From NCBI GenBank assembly GCA_964624065.1, contig CAZUWF010000009.1, forward strand, positions 6,742 through 70,741: DNA of 64,000 nt. The letters are read 5' to 3'. Positions 37,521 through 47,003 of this stretch are shown in pieces. Each line of letters begins with the position of its first letter. Within the stretch, counting starts at the first letter, position 1. This DNA is from an uncultured Bacteroidales bacterium. Its GTDB lineage: Bacteria > Bacteroidota > Bacteroidia > Bacteroidales > UBA7960. The notes under the pieces were generated by a model. The model saw nothing but the letters and a program-made list of their open reading frames with translations. It ran no database searches and had not been told where the DNA came from. Both the position numbers and the translations under genes were made by a program.

Positions 37521-39311
37521 TTAGAATAATGTATCAAGCCCCAGTTCGTTGTACAAGTTTTTTAATTGAGCATTTTTTTGTATTAACTTCTCGAGCTTTT
37601 CTTTGGGATCCAGGGGTTTTTTCTGGTTTTTTACCTCTACCAGTTCAGTGAACAATTGCACCTGGTAATTGCTGAGCCTGTTCCTGAGGAATTCCAGAAG
37701 TTCGGGCTTCTTTTCAAAAATTATTGTCTCCTGAATGGCATTGTCAACCTTAAGCCTTATATTGCAATTCTCGTCAATGGTTGGTTGATAGGTGGTTAAG
37801 GCTGCGAAAAGGCTTAGGCTTTGATCTTGATAAATCTTTCCCATTTCTGACCAAACCTCATTGAATTTTGACTCGTTGATGGACTCGTTGGGTAGGTTTT
37901 CGGAACTAACCTGGGTTTCTTCAATAAAATTTTCATCCTCATCCTCAGTACTATGTATCTTCAAGCTTATTGGCTTGAAAGGCTTTCTTGCCACAGATTT
38001 TTTTTCTTCGATTACAGGTTCCAATGCCTCGTTAGTGGAGACCTCTTCTTTTTTTGCAGGTTCGTGAAAATGAGGCAGGGGAGTAGTTACCTCTTTTTTA
38101 ACTTCAGGGGCTAGTTTTCGGGTGCTTGGCGTTTCTTCTACCGTGAAACCTCTGGCTCCAAATCCTTTGTCAGGGTTTACCAAGTTGGTTTTGGGCGGGA
38201 TTAGTTCAGGTTTTTTTTTTTTTACGAGGCCTGCCATCTGAAGCAAGGTCAACTCCATAGTCAGACGCTTGTTATTACTCTCCTTGTAGGTCAGTTCGGC
38301 TCTGGAGTTCAAATCAAGGGCTCCTAGCAAGAAATCGGCTTCGCAAGCCTTGGCCTGGATGAGGTATTTTTCCCTCACATCGTTGCTTACTTCAATTAGC
38401 CCAAGGGTTGCAGGAGTCTTGGCCAAGAGCAAGTTTCGAAGGTGCTCGCCAAATCCGGTAAGGAATTCTGAGCCCTCGAAACCTTTAAATATTATGTCAT
38501 TCAACAATAGCAATACCTCCGATGTTTTCTCCTCCAAAACGTAATCGGTAATTTTAAAATAATAATCGTAATCAAGCACGTTGAGGTTTTCGATCACGTG
38601 CTTGTAGGAGAGCTCGTTGCCCGAAAAGCTTACCATTTGGTCGAAGATAGAAAGGGAATCGCGCAAAGCTCCGTCAGCTTTTTGAGCAATAATCCTCAAT
38701 GCGTTTGGGTCGGCATTTACACCTTCCTTTTGGGCAACGTATTGAAGGTGCGTGGCAATATCGTCAACGGTAATTCGAGCGAAGTCAAAAATCTGGCATC
38801 TTGAGAGTATCGTGGGAATTATCTTGTGTTTCTCGGTGGTTGCCAATATGAACTTAGCATATGCCGGAGGCTCTTCTAGGGTCTTCAAAAAAGCGTTGAA
38901 TGCCTGAGAAGATAACATATGAACCTCATCGATGATGTAAACCTTGTACTTGCCAATTTGGGGAGGGATGCGCACGGCATCAACCAAATGTCGAATGTTA
39001 TCAACCGAATTGTTTGATGCGGCATCAATCTCGTGGACGTTGAAAGCACTGGATTCGTTGAACGCCTTGCAAGGTTCGCACTGGTTACAAGCCTCCACTT
39101 TCTCGGTAAGGTTTTGGCAATTGATGGTTTTGGCCATTATTCGTGCACAAGTGGTCTTACCAACACCCCTAGGGCCGGTAAAAATAAATGCCTGCGCAAT
39201 GTTATTGTGGCGAATGGCATTCTTGAGAGTGTTGGTAATAGATTTCTGACCAACTACTGTATCAAAGGTGGCAGGTCGGTATTTGCGGGCCGATACCAAA
39301 AATCCGTTCAT
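37521..39311 (-). CDS. dnaX: DNA polymerase III subunit tau (gamma/tau)
   Basis: MNGFLVSARKYRPATFDTVVGQ...FTGPRGVGKTTCARI...IIDEVHMLS. The track ORF begins 51 codons earlier (39464) with an implausible hydrophobic leader that contains the promoter box. Confidence 0.9.
   Translation of the reverse strand: MNGFLVSARKYRPATFDTVVGQKSITNTLKNAIRHNNIAQAFIFTGPRGVGKTTCARIMAKTINCQNLTEKVEACNQCEPCKAFNESSAFNVHEIDAASNNSVDNIRHLVDAVRIPPQIGKYKVYIIDEVHMLSSQAFNAFLKTLEEPPAYAKFILATTEKHKIIPTILSRCQIFDFARITVDDIATHLQYVAQKEGVNADPNALRIIAQKADGALRDSLSIFDQMVSFSGNELSYKHVIENLNVLDYDYYFKITDYVLEEKTSEVLLLLNDIIFKGFEGSEFLTGFGEHLRNLLLAKTPATLGLIEVSNDVREKYLIQAKACEADFLLGALDLNSRAELTYKESNNKRLTMELTLLQMAGLVKKKKPELIPPKTNLVNPDKGFGARGFTVEETPSTRKLAPEVKKEVTTPLPHFHEPAKKEEVSTNEALEPVIEEKKSVARKPFKPISLKIHSTEDEDENFIEETQVSSENLPNESINESKFNEVWSEMGKIYQDQSLSLFAALTTYQPTIDENCNIRLKVDNAIQETIIFEKKPELLEFLRNRLSNYQVQLFTELVEVKNQKKPLDPKEKLEKLIQKNAQLKNLYNELGLDTLF
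38211..38223 (-). other. A13 homopolymer (slippery tract) inside dnaX
   Basis: T13 on the + strand. The coding strand reads GTA AAA AAA AAA AAA CCT GAA CTA A. See the first finding. Confidence 0.9.
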
Positions 39312-39339
39312 AAAATTAGGCTTGTTAAGTCTCGTGGGG

Positions 39340-39347
39340 CAAAAGTA
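39340..39347 (-). promoter_or_regulatory. candidate -7 promoter box for dnaX
   Basis: The minus strand reads TACTTTTG, 28 nt upstream of ATG 39311. Confidence 0.55.
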
Positions 39348-39642
39348 TAGAAAAAAGTCAAAAGACAAAAGCCTAACCGCAAAAGAAAAGCAGCGAAGTG
39401 TGAACAGCTTATAGTTAAAGATTAAGAACCAAGAAAAAAATTTGTACCAAAGCTCAAGGTTCATTGTTTCCCCCGGGCGAAAATAAAAAGGCCGGCAAAG
39501 GTATGAAAACGATTTATATCATCAAATGGTGGCCAAGCCTAACAATTATTAGTGCATTTCCAAGCAATTACCACTGCATATCCAAATGCCTAATTCTGAC
39601 GGCAACTCAACAAATCACCTTCTTAACATCCCAAACTTCAAT

Positions 39643-39650
39643 TATCTTTG
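39643..39650 (+). promoter_or_regulatory. candidate -7 promoter box for the EamA gene (would give a near-leaderless mRNA)
   Basis: TATCTTTG lies only 10 nt before ATG 39661. The next ATG is 39670. Confidence 0.35.
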
Positions 39651-39660
39651 CACCCATTTT

Positions 39661-40611
39661 ATGAAACGAATGGTTAAAGAAGGAAAACCCGCGCTTGTTG
39701 ATTGGCTTGTATTATTTGCCCTTATGGTAGTTTGGGGTAGCAGTTTCATTTTAATAAAGAAGGGTTTGGTCTCCTTCGACCCAATGCAGTTGGGCGCGTT
39801 GCGAATCTCCATTTCATTCGGGTTCCTCTTGCCGTTGGCAATAAGCAAGATAAGGCGAGTTCCATTGAACCAGCTGAAGTATTTTGCGATTTCTGCAATA
39901 ATCGGTAGTGGGCTGCCTCCGTTTTTGTTTGCCATAGCGCAATCAAACATAGACAGCTACTTAGCCGGGGTTTTGAACTCCCCAACGCCACTATTCACTT
40001 TGATAATTGGGGCGTTGTTTTTTTCGGTAAGGGCTAGGTTGATAAATGTCATTGGTGTAATTGTAGGGTTGATCGGTGCCATTGGCCTTCTCACGGCTGT
40101 AAATTATGCCAATGGCGGTGGCAATGCCATATTTGGGCTTTTGGTAGTGCTGGCCACAATTTTCTACGCCACCAACATCAATTTCATAAAGAAATTCTTG
40201 GCTAAGTTCGATTCGGTAACCATCACCTCCGTTTCTTTCACAATAATTGGTGTGCCCGCTACCATTTACCTTTTTTGTGGAACGGGATTTCTCTCCACGC
40301 TGCAGTCGCATCCCGAAAGCTACAGGAGTCTTTTTTACGTTGCCCTTTTGTCAATCTTCGGAACGGCTATTAGCATGATTGCATTCAATTGGCTCATAAA
40401 AAGGGTTTCGGCCCTTTTTGCTTCCACGGTTACTTACATGATGCCGATAGTAAGCATTGCCTGGGGATTTGTTGATGGGGAAAGTTTCTTTTTGGTTTAT
40501 GTTTTGTGGATACTACTTATTTTGTTTGGGGTCTTTATGTCTAACGCACCGGCGTCTTTATGGACCAAGATTTGGGAAAAAGGCTCAGGTTGGCTGTTGC
40601 GGGTGAAATAG
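39661..40611 (+). CDS. DMT superfamily (EamA-like) transporter
   Basis: Ten hydrophobic helices with two EamA-like halves (WGSSFILIKKGL...). Confidence 0.75.
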   Translation: MKRMVKEGKPALVDWLVLFALMVVWGSSFILIKKGLVSFDPMQLGALRISISFGFLLPLAISKIRRVPLNQLKYFAISAIIGSGLPPFLFAIAQSNIDSYLAGVLNSPTPLFTLIIGALFFSVRARLINVIGVIVGLIGAIGLLTAVNYANGGGNAIFGLLVVLATIFYATNINFIKKFLAKFDSVTITSVSFTIIGVPATIYLFCGTGFLSTLQSHPESYRSLFYVALLSIFGTAISMIAFNWLIKRVSALFASTVTYMMPIVSIAWGFVDGESFFLVYVLWILLILFGVFMSNAPASLWTKIWEKGSGWLLRVK

Positions 40612-40734
40612 TTTACGGGATGTATTGATTGCTAAATGTCTTCGAAAATTTGTTTTCCAATGATCATTTCTAGGCAAGTTAGTATTACCATAAAAAAGTT
40701 TTACCAAACAAGTTGCTGGTAAATAAAAAGTTTG

Positions 40735-40742
40735 TATCTTTG
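40735..40742 (+). promoter_or_regulatory. candidate -7 promoter box for rplU-rpmA
   Basis: TATCTTTG lies 36 nt upstream of ATG 40779. A TTG at 40713-40715 could be the -33 element. Confidence 0.55.
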
Positions 40743-40778
40743 CACCCCGTTATTAGAAAACCATTTAAAGCATTAAAA

Positions 40779-41090
40779 ATGTACGCAATAGTAGAGATAG
40801 GTGGGCAGCAGTTCAAGATTGCCAAGGATCAAAAGCTTTACGTTAACCTTGTAAATCAAGAAGAAGGAGCCGAGCTTGAGTTTGATAGAGTTTACCTAGT
40901 GGCCGATGGCGACAACGTGAGGGTTGGAACCCCTGTGGTTGACAGCGCAAAGGTTAAGGCCAAGGTTTTGGCTCATGTTAAAGCCGACAAAATTCTTGTA
41001 TTTAAGAAGAAAAGGAGGAAGGGTTATCAAAAAATGAATGGACACCGCCAGCCCCTCACTCAAATTCAAATAAACGAGATAGTTGCATAA
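40779..41090 (+). CDS. rplU: 50S ribosomal protein L21
   Basis: MYAIVEIGGQQFKI. The track start 40713 lies upstream of the promoter box. Confidence 0.95.
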   Translation: MYAIVEIGGQQFKIAKDQKLYVNLVNQEEGAELEFDRVYLVADGDNVRVGTPVVDSAKVKAKVLAHVKADKILVFKKKRRKGYQKMNGHRQPLTQIQINEIVA

Positions 41091-41125
41091 TCTCTTAGTA
41101 ACGAAACCAGAAAAAATAAAATATT

Positions 41126-41389
41126 ATGGCACACAAGAAAGGGGTAGGTAGCTCCAAGAACGGTCGCGAGTCGCACAGTAAGCGCCTTGGTGTGAAAATT
41201 TTTGGCGGGCAGGATGCAATTGCCGGAAACATTATTGTAAGGCAAAGAGGAACCAAGCACAACCCCGGCAACAATGTGGGTATTGGCAAGGATCACACTT
41301 TGTATGCACTCACCGACGGAAAGGTTCTTTTTACCAAAAAAGCCAATAACAAGTCATTCGTATCAGTTGAGCCCACCACAGCCGTGTAG
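41126..41389 (+). CDS. rpmA: 50S ribosomal protein L27
   Basis: [29 protein letters not shown]. Confidence 0.95.
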   Translation: MAHKKGVGSSKNGRESHSKRLGVKIFGGQDAIAGNIIVRQRGTKHNPGNNVGIGKDHTLYALTDGKVLFTKKANNKSFVSVEPTTAV

Positions 41390-41408
41390 GCTTCAATCCT
41401 ATTTGAAG

Positions 41409-41442
41409 AAGGGCTGTCAAAAAATTTGGCAGCCCTTTTTTA
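41409..41442 (+). terminator. rho-independent terminator after rpmA
   Basis: GGGCTGTC / GGCAGCCC stem with one G-U pair, followed by TTTTTT. Confidence 0.75.
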
Positions 41443-41502
41443 ATCCAAGCTTCTAAACCCTGTTTACCCCAACAAGCCGACAACTTAATAAACTTTTCTT
41501 CT

Positions 41503-41510
41503 TAATTTTG
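41503..41510 (+). promoter_or_regulatory. candidate -7 promoter box for serS
   Basis: TAATTTTG lies 26 nt upstream of ATG 41537. Confidence 0.5.
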
Positions 41511-41536
41511 ACCTTGCAACAACAATCCGATCAACA

Positions 41537-42808
41537 ATGTTAGAAATAAACCTAATCCGAAACCACCCTGCCGAAATAATAGAAAGGCTCGAGGTGAAAA
41601 ATATGGATGCCAACCAAACAGTCCGGCTCATCCTTGACCTCGACACCCAGCGTAGGCAAACTCAAAAACAACTCGACGACACCTTGGCAGAGGGCAATCG
41701 CTTGGCACGGGAAATAGGAACCCTATACAAGGTGGGCAAGCCACAGGAAGCCAATTTGCTGAAAACCCAAACCGCCGAACTTAAGAATGCATCCAAAAAT
41801 TTGCAAGACTTGTTGGACCAACTTACAAAGGATCAGGATGATTTACTGGTTACATTACCCAACATACCCAGCAAAATGGTGCCCAGGGGAAGGGGAGCCG
41901 ACGACAACGTGGTTGTTAGCTCCCAGGGCGATATTCCGCTTCTTGATCCTAGCGCCGTTCCACACTGGGACCTTGCCAAGAAATACGACATAATTGATTT
42001 TGATTGCGGCACAAAGGTTACAGGTGCTGGCTTCCCTGTTTACAAGGGAAAAGGTGCTAGGCTTCAGAGGGCTCTTATTTCGTTTTTCCTCGATAATGCT
42101 GTGGAGGCGGGCTACCTCGAATACCAGCCCCCCTTGGTCGTAAACGAGGATTCGGCCTTCGCAACCGGTCAGTTGCCCGACAAGGAAGGACAAATGTACC
42201 ACGTTCAGTCGGATAACCTGTTCCTTATCCCAACCGCGGAGGTTCCGGTTACCAACTTCTTTAGGGAAATGATAATTCAAGCCAACGAGTTGCCAATTAA
42301 ATGCACCGCATATTCTGCATGTTTCAGGAGAGAGGCTGGTAGTTATGGAAAGGATGTGAGGGGATTAAACCGCTTGCATCAATTCGACAAGGTTGAAATT
42401 GTTCAGGTAACACGTCAGGAAGACAGTTATGCGGCTCTTGAAAATATGGTGGAGCACGTAACTCAGGTCTTGCGCAAACTCGAACTGCCTTTCAGGGTTT
42501 TGAGGCTTTGTGGAGGCGATATGAGTTTCGCGTCGGCCTTAACCTATGATTTCGAGGTGTTTTCTGCGGCCCAGCAACGGTGGTTGGAGGTAAGCTCAGT
42601 TTCGAATTTCGAAACGTTTCAGTCAAACCGAATGAAACTCCGCTACCGTGGCGATGATGGAAAACCCGTTTTGGCCCACACCCTCAACGGGAGCGCCCTC
42701 GCGTTACCCAGAATTGTGGCAGCACTTTTGGAAAATAACCAAACCGCTCAAGGAATAAAAATCCCCAAGGTCTTACAACAATATACAGGCTTTGAGGTTA
42801 TAGGATAA
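41537..42808 (+). CDS. serS: seryl-tRNA synthetase
   Basis: N-terminal coiled-coil arm. Class II motifs are present: FRREAGSYGKDVRGLNRLHQFDKVE and TLNGSALALPR. Confidence 0.95.
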   Translation: MLEINLIRNHPAEIIERLEVKNMDANQTVRLILDLDTQRRQTQKQLDDTLAEGNRLAREIGTLYKVGKPQEANLLKTQTAELKNASKNLQDLLDQLTKDQDDLLVTLPNIPSKMVPRGRGADDNVVVSSQGDIPLLDPSAVPHWDLAKKYDIIDFDCGTKVTGAGFPVYKGKGARLQRALISFFLDNAVEAGYLEYQPPLVVNEDSAFATGQLPDKEGQMYHVQSDNLFLIPTAEVPVTNFFREMIIQANELPIKCTAYSACFRREAGSYGKDVRGLNRLHQFDKVEIVQVTRQEDSYAALENMVEHVTQVLRKLELPFRVLRLCGGDMSFASALTYDFEVFSAAQQRWLEVSSVSNFETFQSNRMKLRYRGDDGKPVLAHTLNGSALALPRIVAALLENNQTAQGIKIPKVLQQYTGFEVIG

Positions 42809-42834
42809 AATGAGGTTGGCCATTCTTCAACGCT

Positions 42835-42861
42835 ATTGTGCTTCTTCGGCGCAATTTTTTT
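42835..42861 (+). terminator. rho-independent terminator after serS
   Basis: ATTGTGC / GCGCAAT stem with one G-U pair and a 7-nt loop, followed by T7. Confidence 0.65.
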
Positions 42862-42972
42862 ATGTTGCAAAGGGTTGTACGGTAACCCTACCCGTGGAAA
42901 TTGGAAGTTGAAGGGTGGCTTTACCCACAGCTTTACCAGGTAATTTTATAACTTGGGTTTATACTAACTGAA

Positions 42973-44781
42973 ATGAAAAGCTTGGTTGTTGCTATTGTAA
43001 TACTATTGCCATTTATTTCTTTCTCCCAAGGTAGCACCGATGCCATTGTGGCCGCTCAATACTTTAGGCAAGGCGATTACCAAAAGGCTTCGGCCATTTA
43101 CGAGAAGCTTGTACAAGTAGACCTTACACCCGTTGTTTACCAAAACTACCTTGAGTGCCTTTTCCACCTCAGGGAGTTTGGCAAGGCCGAACGGTTGGCG
43201 AAAAATCGGGCTAGGTCTTTACCAAGCGACATTTCTTACCAGGTGGATCTTGGTTGGATTTTGGATAGATGGGGTAAACCCCGAGAGGCTCAAAGGCAGT
43301 TTACCGAATTAATCTCATCAATTAAAGCTGATCCCGACCAGGTTGAATCATTGGCTGCCGCATTACGAAGTCGCAATTACCTTGACCTGTCACTCGAGGC
43401 TTACCAGAAAGGCAGGAAACTGCTGGGCGATAGACACTCCCTCCACTTCAGCATTGCCGATCTTCACAACCAACGTCGGGACTTCTCATCCATGATGAAC
43501 GAATACATCGATTACCTCGAATTTGACAAGTCCTCAATGTCGAAAGTGCAGGGAGTGCTTCAGGACGTAATTGCCATAGATCCCAACTTTGAGAAAAATG
43601 ACGCCCTCCGTACCGTATTGCTTGGCCGAACCCAACGCCATCCCTCCAATCTAATGTACACTCACATGTTACTATGGCTAACCATTCAGCAGAAGGATTT
43701 CAGGTTGGCTTTTACTCAGGCGCGAGCCATAGACAGGAGACTTAGGCAAGAAGGAGAGTTGGTGGTGAACGTGGCCATTTTGGCAACCTCCAACGAGGAG
43801 TATGACGTTGCCGCCGATGCCTATAGGTATCTTCTTGAAAAGGGTACTAGCTCGGCTTACTACCTTGATGCAAAAATTGGATTGTTAACCGTTAGGTTCA
43901 AGCAGGCCACCGCTGGATATCAGATGGTCAGAAAAGATCTGGTTGAAGTGGAAAAGGAATACCTAAAAGCCTTGGAGGAGTTTGGGACTAGTGTTCAAAC
44001 CGTCGGCCTGGTCCGAAATTTGGCAAACCTTCAAGCCTTTTACCTTGGAAACTCGCAAGGAGCAATCGACTTACTTGAGAAGACACTCCTTTTACCCGGA
44101 ATGAATCAACTTACCCTGGCGGAGTGCAGGATCGAACTTGCTGACATCCTCCTGTTGGCAGGACAAGTTTGGGATGCCACCCTCCTTTACTCACAAGTTT
44201 ACAAGCTACTCAGGGACCATCCCTTGGCTCACGAGGCCAAGTTCAAGAATGCCAGGTTGTCTTTCTACATTGGGGAGTTTGATTGGGCCAAGGCTCAATT
44301 GGACGTATTAAAGGCGGGTACCTCAAGGCTTATTGCCAACGACGCCATAAAGCTTTCATTAAAGATTCAGGATAATATTGGCGAACACCAGGTAACCGAA
44401 CCATTGCAAATGTACGCTCGGGCCGAAATGCTGGCATTCATGAATAGGTTTGACGAGGCAACCAACCTCCTTGACTCAGTTACCATCCTTTTTCCAACCC
44501 ACCAAATTGCTGATGATGTTTTAATTGCCCGAGCTGAAATTAAAATTTCGCAGGGTTTTTATCGAGAGGCGGACGAGTTGTTGGCCCTGATTGTGAAAAA
44601 CCATCCGCGCGGATTGTTGGCCGATGAGGCTCTTTTCAAAAGGGCAGAGCTTCATGAAAGGGTTTTTTTGGATAATGAGATGGCCCGCGAACTTTATCTT
44701 CAGCTTATTCAATCCTATCCAGGCAGCCTATATAGCGTTACTGCTCGTAACAGGTGGAGATATTTAAGGGAATCGTCATAA
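42973..44781 (+). CDS. secreted TPR-repeat protein
   Basis: Signal peptide. Repeated helical 34-aa-like units (AAQYFRQGDYQKASAIYEKL...). Confidence 0.7.
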   Translation: MKSLVVAIVILLPFISFSQGSTDAIVAAQYFRQGDYQKASAIYEKLVQVDLTPVVYQNYLECLFHLREFGKAERLAKNRARSLPSDISYQVDLGWILDRWGKPREAQRQFTELISSIKADPDQVESLAAALRSRNYLDLSLEAYQKGRKLLGDRHSLHFSIADLHNQRRDFSSMMNEYIDYLEFDKSSMSKVQGVLQDVIAIDPNFEKNDALRTVLLGRTQRHPSNLMYTHMLLWLTIQQKDFRLAFTQARAIDRRLRQEGELVVNVAILATSNEEYDVAADAYRYLLEKGTSSAYYLDAKIGLLTVRFKQATAGYQMVRKDLVEVEKEYLKALEEFGTSVQTVGLVRNLANLQAFYLGNSQGAIDLLEKTLLLPGMNQLTLAECRIELADILLLAGQVWDATLLYSQVYKLLRDHPLAHEAKFKNARLSFYIGEFDWAKAQLDVLKAGTSRLIANDAIKLSLKIQDNIGEHQVTEPLQMYARAEMLAFMNRFDEATNLLDSVTILFPTHQIADDVLIARAEIKISQGFYREADELLALIVKNHPRGLLADEALFKRAELHERVFLDNEMARELYLQLIQSYPGSLYSVTARNRWRYLRESS

Positions 44782-44787
44782 GTTAAC

Positions 44788-45558
44788 ATGAAGAAATCAG
44801 TCAGACCAAAGAAGTTTCTCGGACAACACTTCCTTTGCGACAATAACATTGCTCGCAAGATAGTGAACTCCCTAACAACCTTTGGAAAATACGAACAAGT
44901 ATTGGAAGTTGGCCCCGGCACGGGGGTGCTAACTAAATTCTTGCTGAAAGGTAATTTTGCTTGGAAGGGGGTGGAGTTGGATCGCGATTCAATTGCATAC
45001 CTTAGAGATGAGTTCGCAGAAATTGGCGACAATTTATTGGAAGATGATTTCCTGAAAATCGACCTTGAAAAGGTATCGGGGGCGAAGCCAATGGCCATAA
45101 TTGGGAATTTTCCTTACAATATTTCCTCGCAAATTGTATTCAAGGTGCTTGAAAGCAGCCATTTGGTTCCTGAACTTGTCGGAATGTTTCAAAAAGAGGT
45201 GGCCATGCGCATTGCTGCGTCCCCAGGAAATAAGACATACGGAATCTTAAGCGTACTTACCCAAGCCTTTTACCACGTTGAAATTCTTTTTGTGGTAGGC
45301 GAGCACGTTTTTGACCCACCCCCAAAGGTTAAGTCGGCTGTAATTAGGATGACACGCAAGGAAGAATCGCTACCTGTAAGCCCCAATAAACTTCGCGTTG
45401 TAGTTAAAACGGCATTCAACCAAAGAAGAAAAACCTTGAAGAACTCATTGAGGTGTTTAGATATTAACTGGGATGCTTTGCCTGCTGATTTTCAGAGCCT
45501 GCGGCCAGAGCGATTGACCTTGGAAGATTTTTTCGTTATTGCCAAAAATTGCAATTAG
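44788..45558 (+). CDS. rsmA: 16S rRNA (adenine1518/1519-N6)-dimethyltransferase
   Basis: KKFLGQHFLCDNNIARKIV, LEVGPGTGVLT, IGNFPYNISSQI. Confidence 0.9.
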   Translation: MKKSVRPKKFLGQHFLCDNNIARKIVNSLTTFGKYEQVLEVGPGTGVLTKFLLKGNFAWKGVELDRDSIAYLRDEFAEIGDNLLEDDFLKIDLEKVSGAKPMAIIGNFPYNISSQIVFKVLESSHLVPELVGMFQKEVAMRIAASPGNKTYGILSVLTQAFYHVEILFVVGEHVFDPPPKVKSAVIRMTRKEESLPVSPNKLRVVVKTAFNQRRKTLKNSLRCLDINWDALPADFQSLRPERLTLEDFFVIAKNCN

Positions 45559-45613
45559 CTTTACTTTATGTTTTTTTCATACATTGCAAATTATTTGAAA
45601 ATTTAGGCATTTG

Positions 45614-46987
45614 ATGCCGGAACCTCCAACCTACTCGAAAATGATTACCAAGAAACTTAAAAATTTTGAATACGCCGCTTTAGATGCATCCATTAAGGAA
45701 AGCAACCAAATCAACAATAGCAAGGTAACAACCTTCGATACCCCCAATGGATACGTTTTGTTGTCGGTGGTGGCCAGCGGAAACCCTGATGATGATATTT
45801 CAACCTCAAGTATTGTATGCGAGAGGATCAAGTATTACTTGGATAACGAAATCCTTGACAATGCCGAAGAGTCTGTGTTCAATGCCTTGGGCTATACTAA
45901 CGGGTACGTGTTTGAGTTGAAGCGGAAGAACAAATTGCCCGTTGATGCCAAGGCCAGCGTGGCGTTTGTTCTTGTTAAAAATCTAAAGGTTTACTTCGGG
46001 TGGATGGGCGATGCTTCGTTTTTGCTTTTCAACGGCAAGAGAGCATATTCGATGGGCTGGCCATTGGTGGATGTTCAGGAGCAAACCGCTGGTGATGAAA
46101 TGGATTCGCAGGCAATATGTTACTTGGGCGCAAGGCAAATATCCAAACCTGCCGTTTGCGAACAGCCCTTGGTGCCAGTTGATGGCGATATTTTGGTGGC
46201 AGGAGCCGGCAAGGCTTGGGAAGCCATAAAACCAAAGGTTCTCAATGGAATTTTGGCCGATTCAATGCCATTGCCTACAAAGGTTCAAAGACTTATGGGA
46301 ATCGCGAGCGAAAATTCAACTGAAGAGCTCTCGGCTCTGCAGGCCATCACTTTCTACAATCTTATAAATGCTGATCAGCCAATTATCGGGGAACCCACCG
46401 AACAGAAAAATGAAATTCAAACTCAAAACCGAGTTAAAGATGTAAAGGAACCCCTTAACCCACCAATTGATAAGAAACCTTTGAAAAGAAAGATCATTGT
46501 TGCCGCTTGCCTACTTGCTGTTGCTTATATGTTTTACGACTTGTTTCTGAGGGATCCGGTGGGGGTAGCCTTTGCCCCAACCACTGAGGTAACTACTGAG
46601 GTTAACCAAGCCGAAGCCTCCAAACCCCAAGTTGTAGCTCCCGACATTAACTCGCATAAGGCAAAACCGACCCAATCATCTGAAAGGCCAACCCTTCCGG
46701 TAGATGTAAATTATACGGTAAAAAATGGGGATATCTGGTCAAATATTTACCTTGAGTTCGAAGTGTGTAGTTGGTTCATAAAAAACCACCCGCCAAATAC
46801 TGGAAAGTTTGACAGGGAAGGAAATCCAGTTGCCGGGAAAACAATTGCCATTCCAGTAAAATATTCTGCAAAACAATCGCTCAATCCAAATTACTACACC
46901 GAGTTTTCGCTCGAAAAGCTGGGACGAACCTGTCAAAACGCCAACACCGAGCTCAGGGAAGCTTTCGAAAAAAAAGTGAAGAGGTAA
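45614..46987 (+). CDS. hypothetical single-pass membrane protein: degenerate PP2C-like N-domain, TM helix, LysM-like C-terminus
   Basis: ASVAFVLVKNLKVYFGWMGDASFLLFNGKRA resembles the PP2C core strand pattern. The TM helix is IIVAACLLAVAYMFYDLFL. YTVKNGDIWSNIYLEF...GKTIAIPV is LysM-like. All three assignments are weak. Confidence 0.5.
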   Translation: MPEPPTYSKMITKKLKNFEYAALDASIKESNQINNSKVTTFDTPNGYVLLSVVASGNPDDDISTSSIVCERIKYYLDNEILDNAEESVFNALGYTNGYVFELKRKNKLPVDAKASVAFVLVKNLKVYFGWMGDASFLLFNGKRAYSMGWPLVDVQEQTAGDEMDSQAICYLGARQISKPAVCEQPLVPVDGDILVAGAGKAWEAIKPKVLNGILADSMPLPTKVQRLMGIASENSTEELSALQAITFYNLINADQPIIGEPTEQKNEIQTQNRVKDVKEPLNPPIDKKPLKRKIIVAACLLAVAYMFYDLFLRDPVGVAFAPTTEVTTEVNQAEASKPQVVAPDINSHKAKPTQSSERPTLPVDVNYTVKNGDIWSNIYLEFEVCSWFIKNHPPNTGKFDREGNPVAGKTIAIPVKYSAKQSLNPNYYTEFSLEKLGRTCQNANTELREAFEKKVKR

Positions 46988-47003
46988 TTGGAGCAAGGGT
47001 TGT

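Noticed and set aside
39312-39464. 51-codon N-terminal extension of dnaX in the ORF track, with similar extensions for thrS (51870-52040), rplU (40713-40778), the FAD oxidoreductase (23616-23705) and glgC (9650-9709)
   Set aside because: The extensions have no homology, contain promoter boxes or overlap the upstream gene. In each case the conserved N-terminus starts at the internal ATG.
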